A DNA stretch of 64,000 bases, from assembly GCA_001781335.1 (NCBI GenBank), contig MFLL01000001.1:25626-89625 (forward strand), given 5' to 3'. Shown here one piece after another: positions 39,321 to 49,003 of the stretch. The notes below the pieces were generated by a model. That model saw only the letters and a program-made list of their open reading frames with translations. It had not been told where the DNA came from and did no database searches. Source of the stretch: Candidatus Kaiserbacteria bacterium RIFCSPHIGHO2_02_FULL_55_25 (lineage in GTDB: Bacteria; Patescibacteriota; Minisyncoccia; Phycocordibacterales; UBA2100). The position numbers were made by a program, and so were the translations under genes. Positions within the stretch are counted from its first letter, which is position 1, and every line of letters begins with the position of its first letter.

Positions 39321-40289
39321 TTACTGAGAGCGGAGCGTCAATCCGAGGTTCGAAAGTGAGCGCTTGATGTCCTGTAATCCTTTTTGGCCGAGACCTTCGA
39401 TGGCAAGCAGGTCGTCTTCGCGCTTGCGTACAAGACCGCCGACGGTGCGGATGGAGGCATTGTCGAGCGCCATCTCCACACGCTGTGGAAGTTTGAGCTC
39501 GGTGATGCGGGTCTTGAGCATTTCAGAATCCACCGGCATGCCTTTGTCCTCGCGGGTCGAACGGTGCTCTGATGCAACCGGCATTTCCTGTGCCTCTTCC
39601 TCTTTGAAGCCGACGACCGCCTTGAGCTGGTGAATCATCGTCTCGATGGAGCGCTCGAGCGCTTCGCGCGGAGCGATGGTGCCGTCGGTCTCAATGAGAA
39701 TACGGAGGCGGTTGAAATCGGTGCGGTCACCGACGCGCATGTTTTCCACTTCGTAGTTTGCGCGGCGAATCGGGCTGAAAATCGCATCGAGTGCGATAGT
39801 GCCGATGTCAACGCGCTCTTTCTGATGTTCCTCTTTCGGAATATAGCCCAAGCCGCGCTCCGCGCGGACTTCGAGTTCGAAATTCACCTTTCCGGTGACA
39901 TCGGCGATGCGCTGTTCCGGATTGAGAATTTCGACTTGGCCCGGCAATTTGAGGTCGGCGGCGGTCACTTCCTTGGGACCCTTCACCGAGAGTGTGATGG
40001 TCTGCGGCTCGTCGGAGAGCAGCTTGAAGCGGATTTTGCGGAGATTGAGTAGTATCGTCACGACGTCTTCTTTGACGCCCTCGATGGTCGAGAACTCATG
40101 GGCAACACCCGGAATTTTGACATGGGTAACGGCCGCGCCCGGAAGCGAGGAGAGGATGATGCGGCGTAGAGAGTTGCCGAGGGTAAAACCGTAGCCGGGG
40201 TAGAGTCCGTCTATTTCGTACGTACCACTGCGCTCCGATTCGGAGACGACGCGGGGCTTACTGGGCAATGCAATGTGATAATCAGACAT
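39321..40289 (-). CDS. rpoA: RNA polymerase alpha subunit
   Basis: GYGFTLGNSLRRIILSSLPG, HEFSTIEGVKED, DAIFSPI. Confidence 0.98.
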   Translation of the reverse strand: MSDYHIALPSKPRVVSESERSGTYEIDGLYPGYGFTLGNSLRRIILSSLPGAAVTHVKIPGVAHEFSTIEGVKEDVVTILLNLRKIRFKLLSDEPQTITLSVKGPKEVTAADLKLPGQVEILNPEQRIADVTGKVNFELEVRAERGLGYIPKEEHQKERVDIGTIALDAIFSPIRRANYEVENMRVGDRTDFNRLRILIETDGTIAPREALERSIETMIHQLKAVVGFKEEEAQEMPVASEHRSTREDKGMPVDSEMLKTRITELKLPQRVEMALDNASIRTVGGLVRKREDDLLAIEGLGQKGLQDIKRSLSNLGLTLRSQ

Positions 40290-40370
40290 ATAGGATGATG
40301 GACCTGTTAGGAAATCCTACTAATTGCTAATAAATAATGACACCTGGGTTAGAAAATAAGACTGCTGTCT

Positions 40371-40435
40371 TTTTCCGTCTTCGCTCGGACGAAGTGTAAG
40401 CAAGCTTCCGCTTCGCTCCTCGCTAGACGTAATAA
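40371..40435 (-). repeat. 65-bp dispersed structured repeat, copy A
   Basis: Reverse complement matches 60568-60632 at 53/65 nt. Confidence 0.8.
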
Positions 40436-40481
40436 AACGCCCGCCAGTATACCTCATAATTGCGGTCATAGCAAATATTAT

Positions 40482-41090
40482 TTACCTACTATAGAACTCA
40501 AACAGCGTCGGGTAATTAAGGCCTGTTTCGACTGCGTTGTACTGTGGCTCCCCGACAATTTCGATTTTCATGGCGCTCATGTCTACGGCGAGCCACTGCG
40601 GAGCCGGACGCTTGTCTTCCTTTTCGGCGAGACTTGCGTACAGCGGGCTCGAGCGGTTGCCTTCGCGGACAGCCACGATATCACCTTTACTCACGCGATA
40701 TGAAGGTGTCGTGATACGCTTTCCGTTGACCGTGAAGTGGCCGTGAGAAATAGCCTGACGTCCGGCGCGGCGCGTAGGAGCAAATCCCGCACGGTAGACG
40801 ACGGAATCGGCGCGCATCTCGAGTGCGCGGTGGAGCGATGCGGAAGGGTCGACCTCGACATACGCTTTCTCGGCGTAATTGGAGAGCTGGCGCTCCGAAA
40901 GACCGTAGGTGAAGCGGACGCGCTGCTTCTCGAGAAGCTGCAGGCCGTAGTCCGAACCGCCCCTGCCTCCGCGACCGCGCTTCTCCTTTTTGCGTGCGGC
41001 CGAGAGCGCAAACTTCTGTGTCTGCAGTTGTTCGAAAATGCCGGGACCGAGGCGCTTTCCTATTTTGTATTTTGATTTGATTGGCAACAT
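40482..41090 (-). CDS. rpsD: 30S ribosomal protein S4
   Basis: SDYGLQLLEKQR, LEMRADSVVYRAGFA, HGHFTVNG. Confidence 0.97.
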   Translation of the reverse strand: MLPIKSKYKIGKRLGPGIFEQLQTQKFALSAARKKEKRGRGGRGGSDYGLQLLEKQRVRFTYGLSERQLSNYAEKAYVEVDPSASLHRALEMRADSVVYRAGFAPTRRAGRQAISHGHFTVNGKRITTPSYRVSKGDIVAVREGNRSSPLYASLAEKEDKRPAPQWLAVDMSAMKIEIVGEPQYNAVETGLNYPTLFEFYSR

Positions 41091-41100
41091 ATAGTGTGTA

Positions 41101-41535
41101 TTAGACTCGGCGGGGTTTCGGCGGACGCGGGCCGTTGTGCGCGACCGGCGTGTCGTCGGCAATTTTTGTTATATCAATGCCCTTCCCGGCAAAGCCGCGC
41201 AATGCACTCTCGCGACCTGCGCCGACACCGCGGATGACCACGTCGACTTCTTTGACACCGATGATGGCGGCTTTGTCGCCGACGAGCTCACCCACCTTGG
41301 CTGCGGCAAACGGTGTTCCCTTCTTGGCGCCGGAAAAGCCCAAACTGCCGGAGGAAGACCATGCCATGGCATTCCCCGTCTTGTCGGTGAGGAGGACCTT
41401 TGTGTTGTTGTAGGTCGCGTGAATATGGAGCGTACCCTGCGTAATGTTCTTCTTGGCGGTGCGCGCCAAAGAGCGGGACTTGAGCCCCTGATCCACAGTT
41501 CCTCCTGATTTTCTAATGATGCGTTTCTTTCCCAT
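41101..41535 (-). CDS. rpsK: 30S ribosomal protein S11
   Basis: HIHATYNNT, KGTPFAA, HNGPRPPKPRRV. Confidence 0.98.
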   Translation of the reverse strand: MGKKRIIRKSGGTVDQGLKSRSLARTAKKNITQGTLHIHATYNNTKVLLTDKTGNAMAWSSSGSLGFSGAKKGTPFAAAKVGELVGDKAAIIGVKEVDVVIRGVGAGRESALRGFAGKGIDITKIADDTPVAHNGPRPPKPRRV

Positions 41536-41547
41536 AATTGATTACAA

Positions 41548-41634
41548 AAGTAACAAGTAACAAGTATCAGGTATCAAACGAGTGTCGAGAAAACAAGTAT
41601 CAAATTGATACTTGCTACCTGATACTTGATACCT
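41548..41634. repeat. Inverted heptamer arrays (AAGTATC / GATACTT) between rpsM and rpsK
   Basis: AAGTAAC AAGTAAC AAGTATC AGGTATC ... GATACTT GCTACCT GATACTT GATACCT. Confidence 0.85.
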
Positions 41635-41645
41635 ACTAGAAAAAA

Positions 41646-42026
41646 TCATGTTTTTTCTAGTTTACGGCGGCCTGAAGTCATCGTCTTACGGACGTTGCCG
41701 CGGACCGTGCGAGAGTTGGTCTTGCTACGCTGACCGCGCGCCGGAAGGCGCTTGGCATGACGCGAACCGCGGTATGATTTGATGTCTTTGAGGCGGCGGA
41801 TGTTGCCGCTTATCGAGCGACGCAATTCTCCCTCGACGGTGAACCTCTCGAGTGCCTCACGAAGTGCGGTCTCTTCTTTTGCAGTGAGCTCCTTCGGATG
41901 CTTGCCCGCGTCAATCTTGAGTGCCTCGAGCGCCGAGAGAGCGCGCGGACGACCCACGCCGTAAATGGCGGTCAGCCCGATTTCGAGCCGTTTCTCCTCC
42001 GGTATGGTTACTCCTGCGATACGCAT
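41646..42026 (-). CDS. rpsM: 30S ribosomal protein S13
   Basis: MRIAGV, LTAIYGVG, YRGSRH..LPARGQRSKTNSRT. Confidence 0.98.
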   Translation of the reverse strand: MRIAGVTIPEEKRLEIGLTAIYGVGRPRALSALEALKIDAGKHPKELTAKEETALREALERFTVEGELRRSISGNIRRLKDIKSYRGSRHAKRLPARGQRSKTNSRTVRGNVRKTMTSGRRKLEKT

Positions 42027-42032
42027 AAAATA

Positions 42033-42126
42033 TGTTGTAAATGTTGTATGTGTTGTAATCGTTTTAAATGTTTTGGCCCGTTTGCATATACAACATCTAC
42101 AACAATTTCAACATGTATAACACTTA
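42033..42126. repeat. Inverted nonamer array between rpmJ and rpsM
   Basis: Ten 9-nt units: TGTTGTAAA-type followed by TATACAACA-type. Confidence 0.85.
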
Positions 42127-42127
42127 T

Positions 42128-42241
42128 CTAGCCTTGCCTTTGCTTATGGCGAGGGTTTGTGCAGATAACCCACAGTCGCCCGCGTCGTTTGACGTGGCGA
42201 CAATGCATGCAAATTTTCTTAACGGAAGCTTTCACCTTCAT
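42128..42241 (-). CDS. rpmJ: 50S ribosomal protein L36
   Basis: [33 protein letters not shown]. Confidence 0.98.
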   Translation of the reverse strand: MKVKASVKKICMHCRHVKRRGRLWVICTNPRHKQRQG

Positions 42242-42251
42242 GGGTCTGAAG

Positions 42252-42458
42252 TTAGACGCGTCGGGTAATGCGGGCGCGACCCCCATACGGATCGAGCTGT
42301 ACGAGCACACGGTCGCCGACGAGCACTTTTATTCTATGCAGACGCATTTTACCTGCGAGGTATGCGAGAACGATGTCCCCACTAGCGAGCTTTACGCGAA
42401 AGAGAGTATTAGGAAGCGCCTCGTCGACGACTCCTTCCACAACCTCTGCATCAGCCAT
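42252..42458 (-). CDS. infA: Translation initiation factor IF-1
   Basis: [26 protein letters not shown]. Confidence 0.97.
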   Translation of the reverse strand: MADAEVVEGVVDEALPNTLFRVKLASGDIVLAYLAGKMRLHRIKVLVGDRVLVQLDPYGGRARITRRV

Positions 42459-42503
42459 ATCTGCGCGACGAAATATAGCAGTGCGTGCCTATATAGTCAA
42501 GGA

Positions 42504-43907
42504 TTATTTGGCTTCGGGGGCCACTACGTCAATCTTGATGGCGGCAGGGTCGGTCGGGAACGTGCTTTTCCAGAATGGTTCGATGCGTGCGTGCGCCTCT
42601 TGCACGCCGGAGAACTGGGTGACTATAGTCTGAAACGCGCCTTGGTCCTTGCCTGCAAGAGCCTGCTGTAGAGCCGCGGAATCGATATTCCACACGAGCT
42701 GCGCCGAGCCGGCAAGCGCGAACTGCAATGGGTCGACACCGAAAGTCGACGAAGCGTTCGCTGCGCGTGCGACGAAGCCGCTTCCCGGAGTGAATGTTAT
42801 AGAAGCACCGTTCGCATCGGCATACACCGTTTGTGCAAGCGCATCAGCCGGAAAAACCGGGGCGACAACATGGGCACTTTGATGTATGCGTACGCCGCCG
42901 CCGGCCTCGGGAGTGGAAGGTTCGTCCTTGTATGTAATCTGCACGAGGTCGGGGAACACTACCGTGCCGGCGGCGGCGGCAACAGAGCCACGCGCCTTGC
43001 TTTCAAGTCGGGTGCGTACCGCGCTCACGGCGGTCTGCATTGCAGCAGGCGCGACACCCGGCTTATCTCCGACGAATCCCCCGCTCATGGCGGACGTTGA
43101 CTTCCCGTAGATATGCGGATAAATGGCGGCCGACGTCTTGAGGCCGGGCACGGTGAATTTGCCTGCGGCCACATTATATTGCTCGCCTGGTTGATCGGCG
43201 ATAACCGTCACGCTCACCTGACCCGGCGTCGTGCCCTTCTTTCCCGGAATGACGATATCCGCAGGTGTACGGAATATCAGCCCGCTCTCCGATTGGAAGC
43301 GCGTGTTCTTGATGAGTTTGAACGAGGTCGTCTGATAGTCGTTGTATACCGTGATGATGCCACTCGCCTTGTCTTCGGAATGGACCGTGCCCTGACTCTC
43401 GACGACTTCAGAGTCAGCGAGGTCTACGGTCTGCACAGTGTACGAGAGTGTGCCGCTGGCGGCCGTCGCCGCCGGATACGCCGTAAACCGCGAAGACTCA
43501 TCAAAAGTCGCCGTGTGAGAGCGCGGCGTGACCGTAATCGTGGTCGAGCGCATCGCGACAAGCAACAAAATACCGAGCACGATGACGCATACACCGGCCA
43601 GAGCCCAAATCCACCAACCCGCCAATGCGCTTTTGCGGGGCGGCACTCCGGAAGTCTCTTGATACTCGCGCATGTCGTTCATTGCAGGACGTGAGCGGGG
43701 GCGTTGCGGCATTGAAATGTTGCGGATGGAGCGCTCACCCTCGGCCGGAGGAGGCGGTATTGGGCGGACCGGATTTGCATTAATCGGGACAGGGCGGGAG
43801 TCATCGGACTCGGGCATTTCCGCCGGAGCAGGAGAGGCAGAGGGAGCGCTCTTGCGCGGCTCATTTCCATCCGGAGGCAAGATATCCTGAAAATAATCTT
43901 TGGCCAT
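42504..43907 (-). CDS. Membrane-anchored protein with baseplate-J-like beta region
   Basis: Disordered N-terminus, one TM, A.G.ITVYN..L..NTRF, ADQPGEQYN, FTVPGL. Confidence 0.6.
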   Translation of the reverse strand: MAKDYFQDILPPDGNEPRKSAPSASPAPAEMPESDDSRPVPINANPVRPIPPPPAEGERSIRNISMPQRPRSRPAMNDMREYQETSGVPPRKSALAGWWIWALAGVCVIVLGILLLVAMRSTTITVTPRSHTATFDESSRFTAYPAATAASGTLSYTVQTVDLADSEVVESQGTVHSEDKASGIITVYNDYQTTSFKLIKNTRFQSESGLIFRTPADIVIPGKKGTTPGQVSVTVIADQPGEQYNVAAGKFTVPGLKTSAAIYPHIYGKSTSAMSGGFVGDKPGVAPAAMQTAVSAVRTRLESKARGSVAAAAGTVVFPDLVQITYKDEPSTPEAGGGVRIHQSAHVVAPVFPADALAQTVYADANGASITFTPGSGFVARAANASSTFGVDPLQFALAGSAQLVWNIDSAALQQALAGKDQGAFQTIVTQFSGVQEAHARIEPFWKSTFPTDPAAIKIDVVAPEAK

Positions 43908-43945
43908 GTTCAAAAAAGTATATCACGCAGATATCCCGCCTTTAT

Positions 43946-45091
43946 TTACTCCTGTGACTCGATGTTGACAAGTGCGGAGGCGACGGCAAGCGAATCGTCC
44001 GCGACCTCTCCCGATATCCAGCGGTCCATGTGAATCGAGGACGGGGTGCACACGATGAACGGGAGCGTCGTCACGGTGAATTGCGAGAAATCGATACGGG
44101 AAAAAAGCCGCCCGAGCCACGGCTCAAGGTCCGGATGCGTCACCAGGAGCATGTCGTTTGCCGCACGGCGGGTCGCGGCCATTTGTCCGATGGGGCCGGC
44201 AAATATCCGGACGAGTTCCGGTTCGACAAGCGCAAGCGCTTTTTGTACCGCTTCGCACGCTTCCGTCGAACATGCGTCGCGCTCTAGCATCCGCAGTGAA
44301 GTGAGTACGTCCTCGGGTAATTTCCCGCCGGCAATGCGCGAAAGTATCGTGCGCACTCCCTCCGGCACAACACGCTGCTCGAATGCCGCACCGCGTACCG
44401 AGACGATGTGAGTAGTATCAACACCCATGTCGACAATGAGGTAGTGCTTGCCGGGAATCGCACTCTCACGCGCAAGCATCATCAGCGCGCGGATGCCGGA
44501 ACGCCACGCCGGTTTCGCGACCGGAAATACTTGGGCAACACCCTCTGCGATAGCGCTACGAACGGCCGGTTCGCATTCGCTCACCAGAGACACGGCGTTT
44601 ATCTCGTGCGCGCGCTTGCCCGCCGGTTGTCCGGTCGAATAGCCGTTGAGCTGTACGCGCAGAACAGTTGCTTCGAGAAGTTTGGCTCTATCGAGGTCCG
44701 GCGCGCCCGCAAGCGCTCCCTGTGCCAGTTTCGACACCATTGAATCGTGAATGACTTCGTCGCGACCGTACTCTTCGCCGGAACGGATGCTCCGTGTCGT
44801 CGCCCAAGGGGCATGAACCGTGACGTAAACCTCCGTTATCGGAGAACGGTGCCCGTCTTTCGCATATGCATCGAGCGCTTCTTTGCCGGCTTCTTGTATC
44901 TGCCCGCCAATCTGCGCGGTTGCTTGCTTGAATGTCCGTTCTTCGAGCGTGAGCTTGGAGTGACCAGTCGCAATGACATTCGCCGGCGAATGCCCGGACA
45001 CAGAGAGCACCGCTACCGACGCACTGCCGGGGCTTACATCGACAACCGCGACCGCACGCTCGCGGCCGCCTGTAAGGTGCATGTTGACCAT
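43946..45091 (-). CDS. Degenerate FtsA/actin-like ATPase-fold protein
   Basis: VVDVSPGS, LNGY, LIVDMGVDTT; start uncertain. Confidence 0.5.
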   Translation of the reverse strand: MVNMHLTGGRERAVAVVDVSPGSASVAVLSVSGHSPANVIATGHSKLTLEERTFKQATAQIGGQIQEAGKEALDAYAKDGHRSPITEVYVTVHAPWATTRSIRSGEEYGRDEVIHDSMVSKLAQGALAGAPDLDRAKLLEATVLRVQLNGYSTGQPAGKRAHEINAVSLVSECEPAVRSAIAEGVAQVFPVAKPAWRSGIRALMMLARESAIPGKHYLIVDMGVDTTHIVSVRGAAFEQRVVPEGVRTILSRIAGGKLPEDVLTSLRMLERDACSTEACEAVQKALALVEPELVRIFAGPIGQMAATRRAANDMLLVTHPDLEPWLGRLFSRIDFSQFTVTTLPFIVCTPSSIHMDRWISGEVADDSLAVASALVNIESQE

Positions 45092-45156
45092 TGTGTTCAG
45101 TATATCGCGCCGTGAGACGACGCTGCGGGTTTTGCCCGCGCACATGTGCAAAAGAA

Positions 45157-47088
45157 TTATACGAGAACCGCTTTGATGCGCCTGATGCCCGCCGCCACCG
45201 CCTCTTCTTTTTGGACTTTAAATGTCCCAAGTTCGCTCGTGTTGCCAACATGCGGACCGCCGCAAAATTCTATAGAAAATGCGCGCTCATATTGAGGTTT
45301 AACCTCATTCCCACCACGCGGGCCAATAGAGTAGACGGAGACCATGTCGGGATACTTGGCGCCGAATTCATGTTCCGCGCCGAGCACCTCCGCCTCGTCT
45401 CTCGGAAGCGTCGAACGCATCACGGGGAGCGCCTCCGCAATTTTCTCGTTGACGACTTTCTCCACCGCGGCAATTTGCTCTTTCGTCATTTTGGCGCCAT
45501 ACGAGAAGTCTATGCGAAGGCGCTCGGAGGTGATATTGCTTCCGCGTTGCTTCACCTGCGGGCCGAGGACCATCTGGAGTGCCTTGAGCAGTAAGTGGTG
45601 AGCGGTGTGCAGCTGCGTCGTCTTTTCGGAATGGTCGGCAAGACCGCCTTTGAATTTCTGCTCACTGCCCGCGCGGCTAAGCTCCTGATGCTTTTTCATT
45701 TCGAGCTTGAACCCGTCTTCGTCAACGTCTATATTTCTCTCTTTCGCGATTTCCAATGTCATTTCAAACGGAAAACCGTAGGTCGTGAAGAGCACATATG
45801 CCTGCTCGCCGCTGATGTGGCCGCCGGCGGCGGTTTTCTCAAATTCCTTCATACCTTTGACGAGCGCGTGACCGAATTGCACTTCCTCTTTCCACACCTC
45901 ATCCGCCACCATGTCGTACACCTCGTCGGCCGCGAGCTCGGGATATGCCTCGTCGTACTTTTCCAAAATAATCGTTGCGGAGCGCACGAGCATGCTGTCA
46001 TCCGCCTTCTCCGCGCTGATGCCGATTTTTTGCGCATGAAGCGAGGCGCGACGCAAAAGTCGGCGCAAGATGTAGCCGCGGTCGGTGTTTGACGGTCGCA
46101 CGCCGTCGCCGAGCATGAAAACGGCCGCCCTCATGTGGTCGGCGACGATACGGAAACTGCGCTTGTACCTACTATCATCGTATTGCTTGCCGGAGAAATG
46201 TTCGAGCAGAGTGATAACGTCCCAGAACACATCCGTTCGAAACACATCGGGGTCGCCTTGCGCTGCGGCCGCGATGCGCTCAAGTCCGCCGCCGAAATCC
46301 ACGTTCTGTTTCGGCAAGAGCGCAAATCCTGCCTGCCCTGAGCCTGTCGAATGGGTCTTTATGTATTGCATGAAAACGGAGTTACCTATTTCCATGAAGC
46401 GTCCGCAATCGCAATTCGGATGGCACTCCGCACCGAACGCGGGGTCGTGCGGCGTACCGAAATCGTAAAAAACTTCGGAGTCGGGTCCGCCCGGCTCACC
46501 CGCGGGCATATTCTCGGGCACGCCCGCGCGGCTCCACCAATTCTTCTTGGCGTCGTAGTAGAAAATGTGACCGCCCTGCATGCCGAGGCGGTAGCCGTCG
46601 GCTTCGCTCCCTATCTCCACCACCTTGGCCTCTATCCCCTTCTTTGCAAAAAGTTCTTTCCAGATATCGGCGGATTCCGTGTCGCGCGGCACGTTATTTT
46701 TCTCGTCGCCAATAAATACCGTCACGTACAGGCGCGATGCATCAATGCCTACTTCGTCCGTAAGAAATTCAAAGAACCACGGTAATTGCTCTTTCTTGAA
46801 ATAGTCGCCGAGCGACCAGTTGCCGAGCATTTCGAAAAAGGTCGTATGCCTGTTGTCGCCGACCTCCTCTATATCTTCAGCGCGGAAACTCTTCTGACTG
46901 TTGACCAATCTGTTTCCTTCCGGATGCGGCGCACCGAGCAGATACGTGATAAGCGGCTGCATGCCGGAGCCGGTAAAAAGCGTCGTCGGGTCGTTCAATG
47001 GCACGAGTGATGCGCTCGGAATAACGGTATGCCCGCGCGCTTTGAAAAACTCAAAATACTTTGTCCGTATTTCGTTGACCGTCAGCAT
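45157..47088 (-). CDS. alaS: Alanine--tRNA ligase lacking the C-Ala domain
   Basis: DPTTLFTGSGMQP, HTTFFEMLGNWS, GGGLERI, HTAHHLL, EFCGGPH, AGIRRIKA. Confidence 0.97.
   Translation of the reverse strand: MLTVNEIRTKYFEFFKARGHTVIPSASLVPLNDPTTLFTGSGMQPLITYLLGAPHPEGNRLVNSQKSFRAEDIEEVGDNRHTTFFEMLGNWSLGDYFKKEQLPWFFEFLTDEVGIDASRLYVTVFIGDEKNNVPRDTESADIWKELFAKKGIEAKVVEIGSEADGYRLGMQGGHIFYYDAKKNWWSRAGVPENMPAGEPGGPDSEVFYDFGTPHDPAFGAECHPNCDCGRFMEIGNSVFMQYIKTHSTGSGQAGFALLPKQNVDFGGGLERIAAAAQGDPDVFRTDVFWDVITLLEHFSGKQYDDSRYKRSFRIVADHMRAAVFMLGDGVRPSNTDRGYILRRLLRRASLHAQKIGISAEKADDSMLVRSATIILEKYDEAYPELAADEVYDMVADEVWKEEVQFGHALVKGMKEFEKTAAGGHISGEQAYVLFTTYGFPFEMTLEIAKERNIDVDEDGFKLEMKKHQELSRAGSEQKFKGGLADHSEKTTQLHTAHHLLLKALQMVLGPQVKQRGSNITSERLRIDFSYGAKMTKEQIAAVEKVVNEKIAEALPVMRSTLPRDEAEVLGAEHEFGAKYPDMVSVYSIGPRGGNEVKPQYERAFSIEFCGGPHVGNTSELGTFKVQKEEAVAAGIRRIKAVLV
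46331..46355 (-). repeat. In-frame REP-like insert in alaS (HSTGSGQA)
   Basis: GCCTGCCCTGAGCCTGTCGAATGGG between QYIKT and GFALLPKQNVD. Confidence 0.65.
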
Positions 47089-47094
47089 ACCCAT

Positions 47095-47589
47095 CTATAT
47101 ACCACGACCATCGGCTGCCATGCGAATCAGGAGCGGAGAATCAACTTGATTGTAAAACTTGAGTGTCGAGACGTGCTCCAGCGGTATCCACTGCGCCTCG
47201 CGCATATACGCCTTCTCGCCCTCGTTCAATCCCTGCGTCTTGAGTTCGCCTTCAACGCCTTTGCAGGTGAAATACATAAGGACGGAGTGGAAATGCCGAT
47301 CGCCGTTGGGGTGAGTGAAAAAGTGGTCCGCCACATGCAAAAGTTTGCCGCGTTGTACGGTGAGTCCTGTTTCCTGCTTGACCTCCCGCGCAAAAGTTTC
47401 GTCCATCGTCTCACCCATGTGGATGCCGCCGCCGGGGAAATCCCATCCGTCCCACTGACTGGAGAGCAGTACTTCACTGTCTTTGATTATCACGGCGAAA
47501 ACGGACGGGCGGAATGTGAGCTGCTCCACGGGCACTTCCGTCTTTTCGCCGTTGATACCGGTGCAGGTGACTGTCTTTTTCTCGGTCAT
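47095..47589 (-). CDS. Nudix hydrolase
   Basis: PGGGIHMGETMDETFAREVKQETGL. Confidence 0.9.
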   Translation of the reverse strand: MTEKKTVTCTGINGEKTEVPVEQLTFRPSVFAVIIKDSEVLLSSQWDGWDFPGGGIHMGETMDETFAREVKQETGLTVQRGKLLHVADHFFTHPNGDRHFHSVLMYFTCKGVEGELKTQGLNEGEKAYMREAQWIPLEHVSTLKFYNQVDSPLLIRMAADGRGI

Positions 47590-47657
47590 AGTCCGTAAAG
47601 TGTAGCACCCCCGTTTCCTTTGCTCCACGTGGCGAGAGGATATACTATGGCTCCACC

Positions 47658-48929
47658 ATGAAATACAACATCCACACTCTCAAGAACTGCCTGCGCGTGA
47701 TTCTCGCGCCGATGCCCGATACCCAGACGGCGACCGTCATTGTGATGACGGGCACGGGCTCGCGCTACGAGACCGCGAAGGAAAACGGACTCGCCCATTT
47801 CCTCGAACACATGTTTTTCAAGGGCACCAAGAAGCGCCCCAGTGCCAAGAAAATCAGCGAGGAGCTCGACGGGCTCGGTAGTCACTACAACGCATTTACC
47901 GCCAAAGACCGCACCGCCTACTATGCCAAGGTCAGCAGCCGCTACATTGATACCGCGCTCGATGTGATAAGCGACATTTTTCTCAATTCGACGCTGCCTG
48001 AAAAAGAAATCACCAAAGAGCGCGGGGCAATCATTCAAGAGATTGATATGTACGAAGACATGCCGATGCGCACGGTAGACAATGTATTCGATGCTCTCAT
48101 CTTCGGCACCGACCACCCGCTCGGCCGCACGATTCTCGGCCCAAAAGAAAACATCAGGCGCTTCAAGCGCAAGGACTTCGACAGCTACCTCAAGCGCCAC
48201 TATACGCCTGCCAATGTCGTCGTTTGTATCGCGGGCAGTTTCAGCGAAAAGAAAGTACTCGCGAAGATAACGAAAGAATTCGGCGCCCTCAAGCAAGGCG
48301 AACATATCAAGCCGCTCCCCTATTGGGCCGCACAAAAAGAGCCGCGCGTCGCTATCAAAGAGAAGAAGACCGACCAGACCCAGCTCATGCTCGGTGTCCC
48401 CGCGTATCCCTACAAGCACAAAGACGAGTACGCTCTCGCGGTCTTGGCCACCATTCTCGGCGGCGGGATGAGCAGTCGCCTCTTCCTCGAAGTGCGCGAG
48501 AAGCGCGGGCTCGCCTACTCGGTACACGCGTGGGTGGACAAATACCCCGATACCGGCTATTTCGTCGTGCAGGCGGGTGTGGAACATGCGAAGCTCGAAA
48601 AGACCGTCGAGACGATTCTCGCGGAGTTCAAAAAGATAAAACGCACCAAAGTCTCGGCCGCCGAGCTCAAGAAGGCCAAGGCATACATCAAAGGCACCAA
48701 GACGCTTTCACTGGAGACGAGTGACGAGGTCGCTGGCAATGCCGCCTCGACACTGCTCAACCTCGGCAAAGTGCGCACGCTCGAAGACGTCTTGCGGGGC
48801 ATAGACAAAGTAACCGCCGCCGACATTCAGCGCGTTGCCCGCGACATACTCCGCACGGAGGGCCTCAACCTCGCCATCATCGGCCCTCATTTGCATAAAG
48901 ACCATTTTTTCTCCCTCTTGCGAGTGTAA
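47658..48929 (+). CDS. M16-family zinc peptidase
   Basis: HFLEHMFFKGT (HxxEH), SSRLF.EVREKRGLAY. Confidence 0.93.
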   Translation: MKYNIHTLKNCLRVILAPMPDTQTATVIVMTGTGSRYETAKENGLAHFLEHMFFKGTKKRPSAKKISEELDGLGSHYNAFTAKDRTAYYAKVSSRYIDTALDVISDIFLNSTLPEKEITKERGAIIQEIDMYEDMPMRTVDNVFDALIFGTDHPLGRTILGPKENIRRFKRKDFDSYLKRHYTPANVVVCIAGSFSEKKVLAKITKEFGALKQGEHIKPLPYWAAQKEPRVAIKEKKTDQTQLMLGVPAYPYKHKDEYALAVLATILGGGMSSRLFLEVREKRGLAYSVHAWVDKYPDTGYFVVQAGVEHAKLEKTVETILAEFKKIKRTKVSAAELKKAKAYIKGTKTLSLETSDEVAGNAASTLLNLGKVRTLEDVLRGIDKVTAADIQRVARDILRTEGLNLAIIGPHLHKDHFFSLLRV

Positions 48930-48944
48930 AGAGATCTAAAACAG

Positions 48945-48973
48945 AACCGCGTCGGAGAACGTCCGACGCGGTT
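48945..48973. terminator. Hairpin between convergent genes
   Basis: AACCGCGTCGGA-GAACG-TCCGACGCGGTT. Confidence 0.7.
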
Positions 48974-49003
48974 ATTGTGCAAAGATAAGCGACCAAGCAC
49001 TTT

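Noticed and set aside
41548-42126. CRISPR array
   Set aside because: Units are 7 or 9 nt without unique spacers; no cas genes, and the Cas4-like nuclease at 52797 is solitary.
42504-43907. Prophage, suggested by the baseplate-J-like region
   Set aside because: Membrane-anchored gene in a housekeeping context with no other phage genes.
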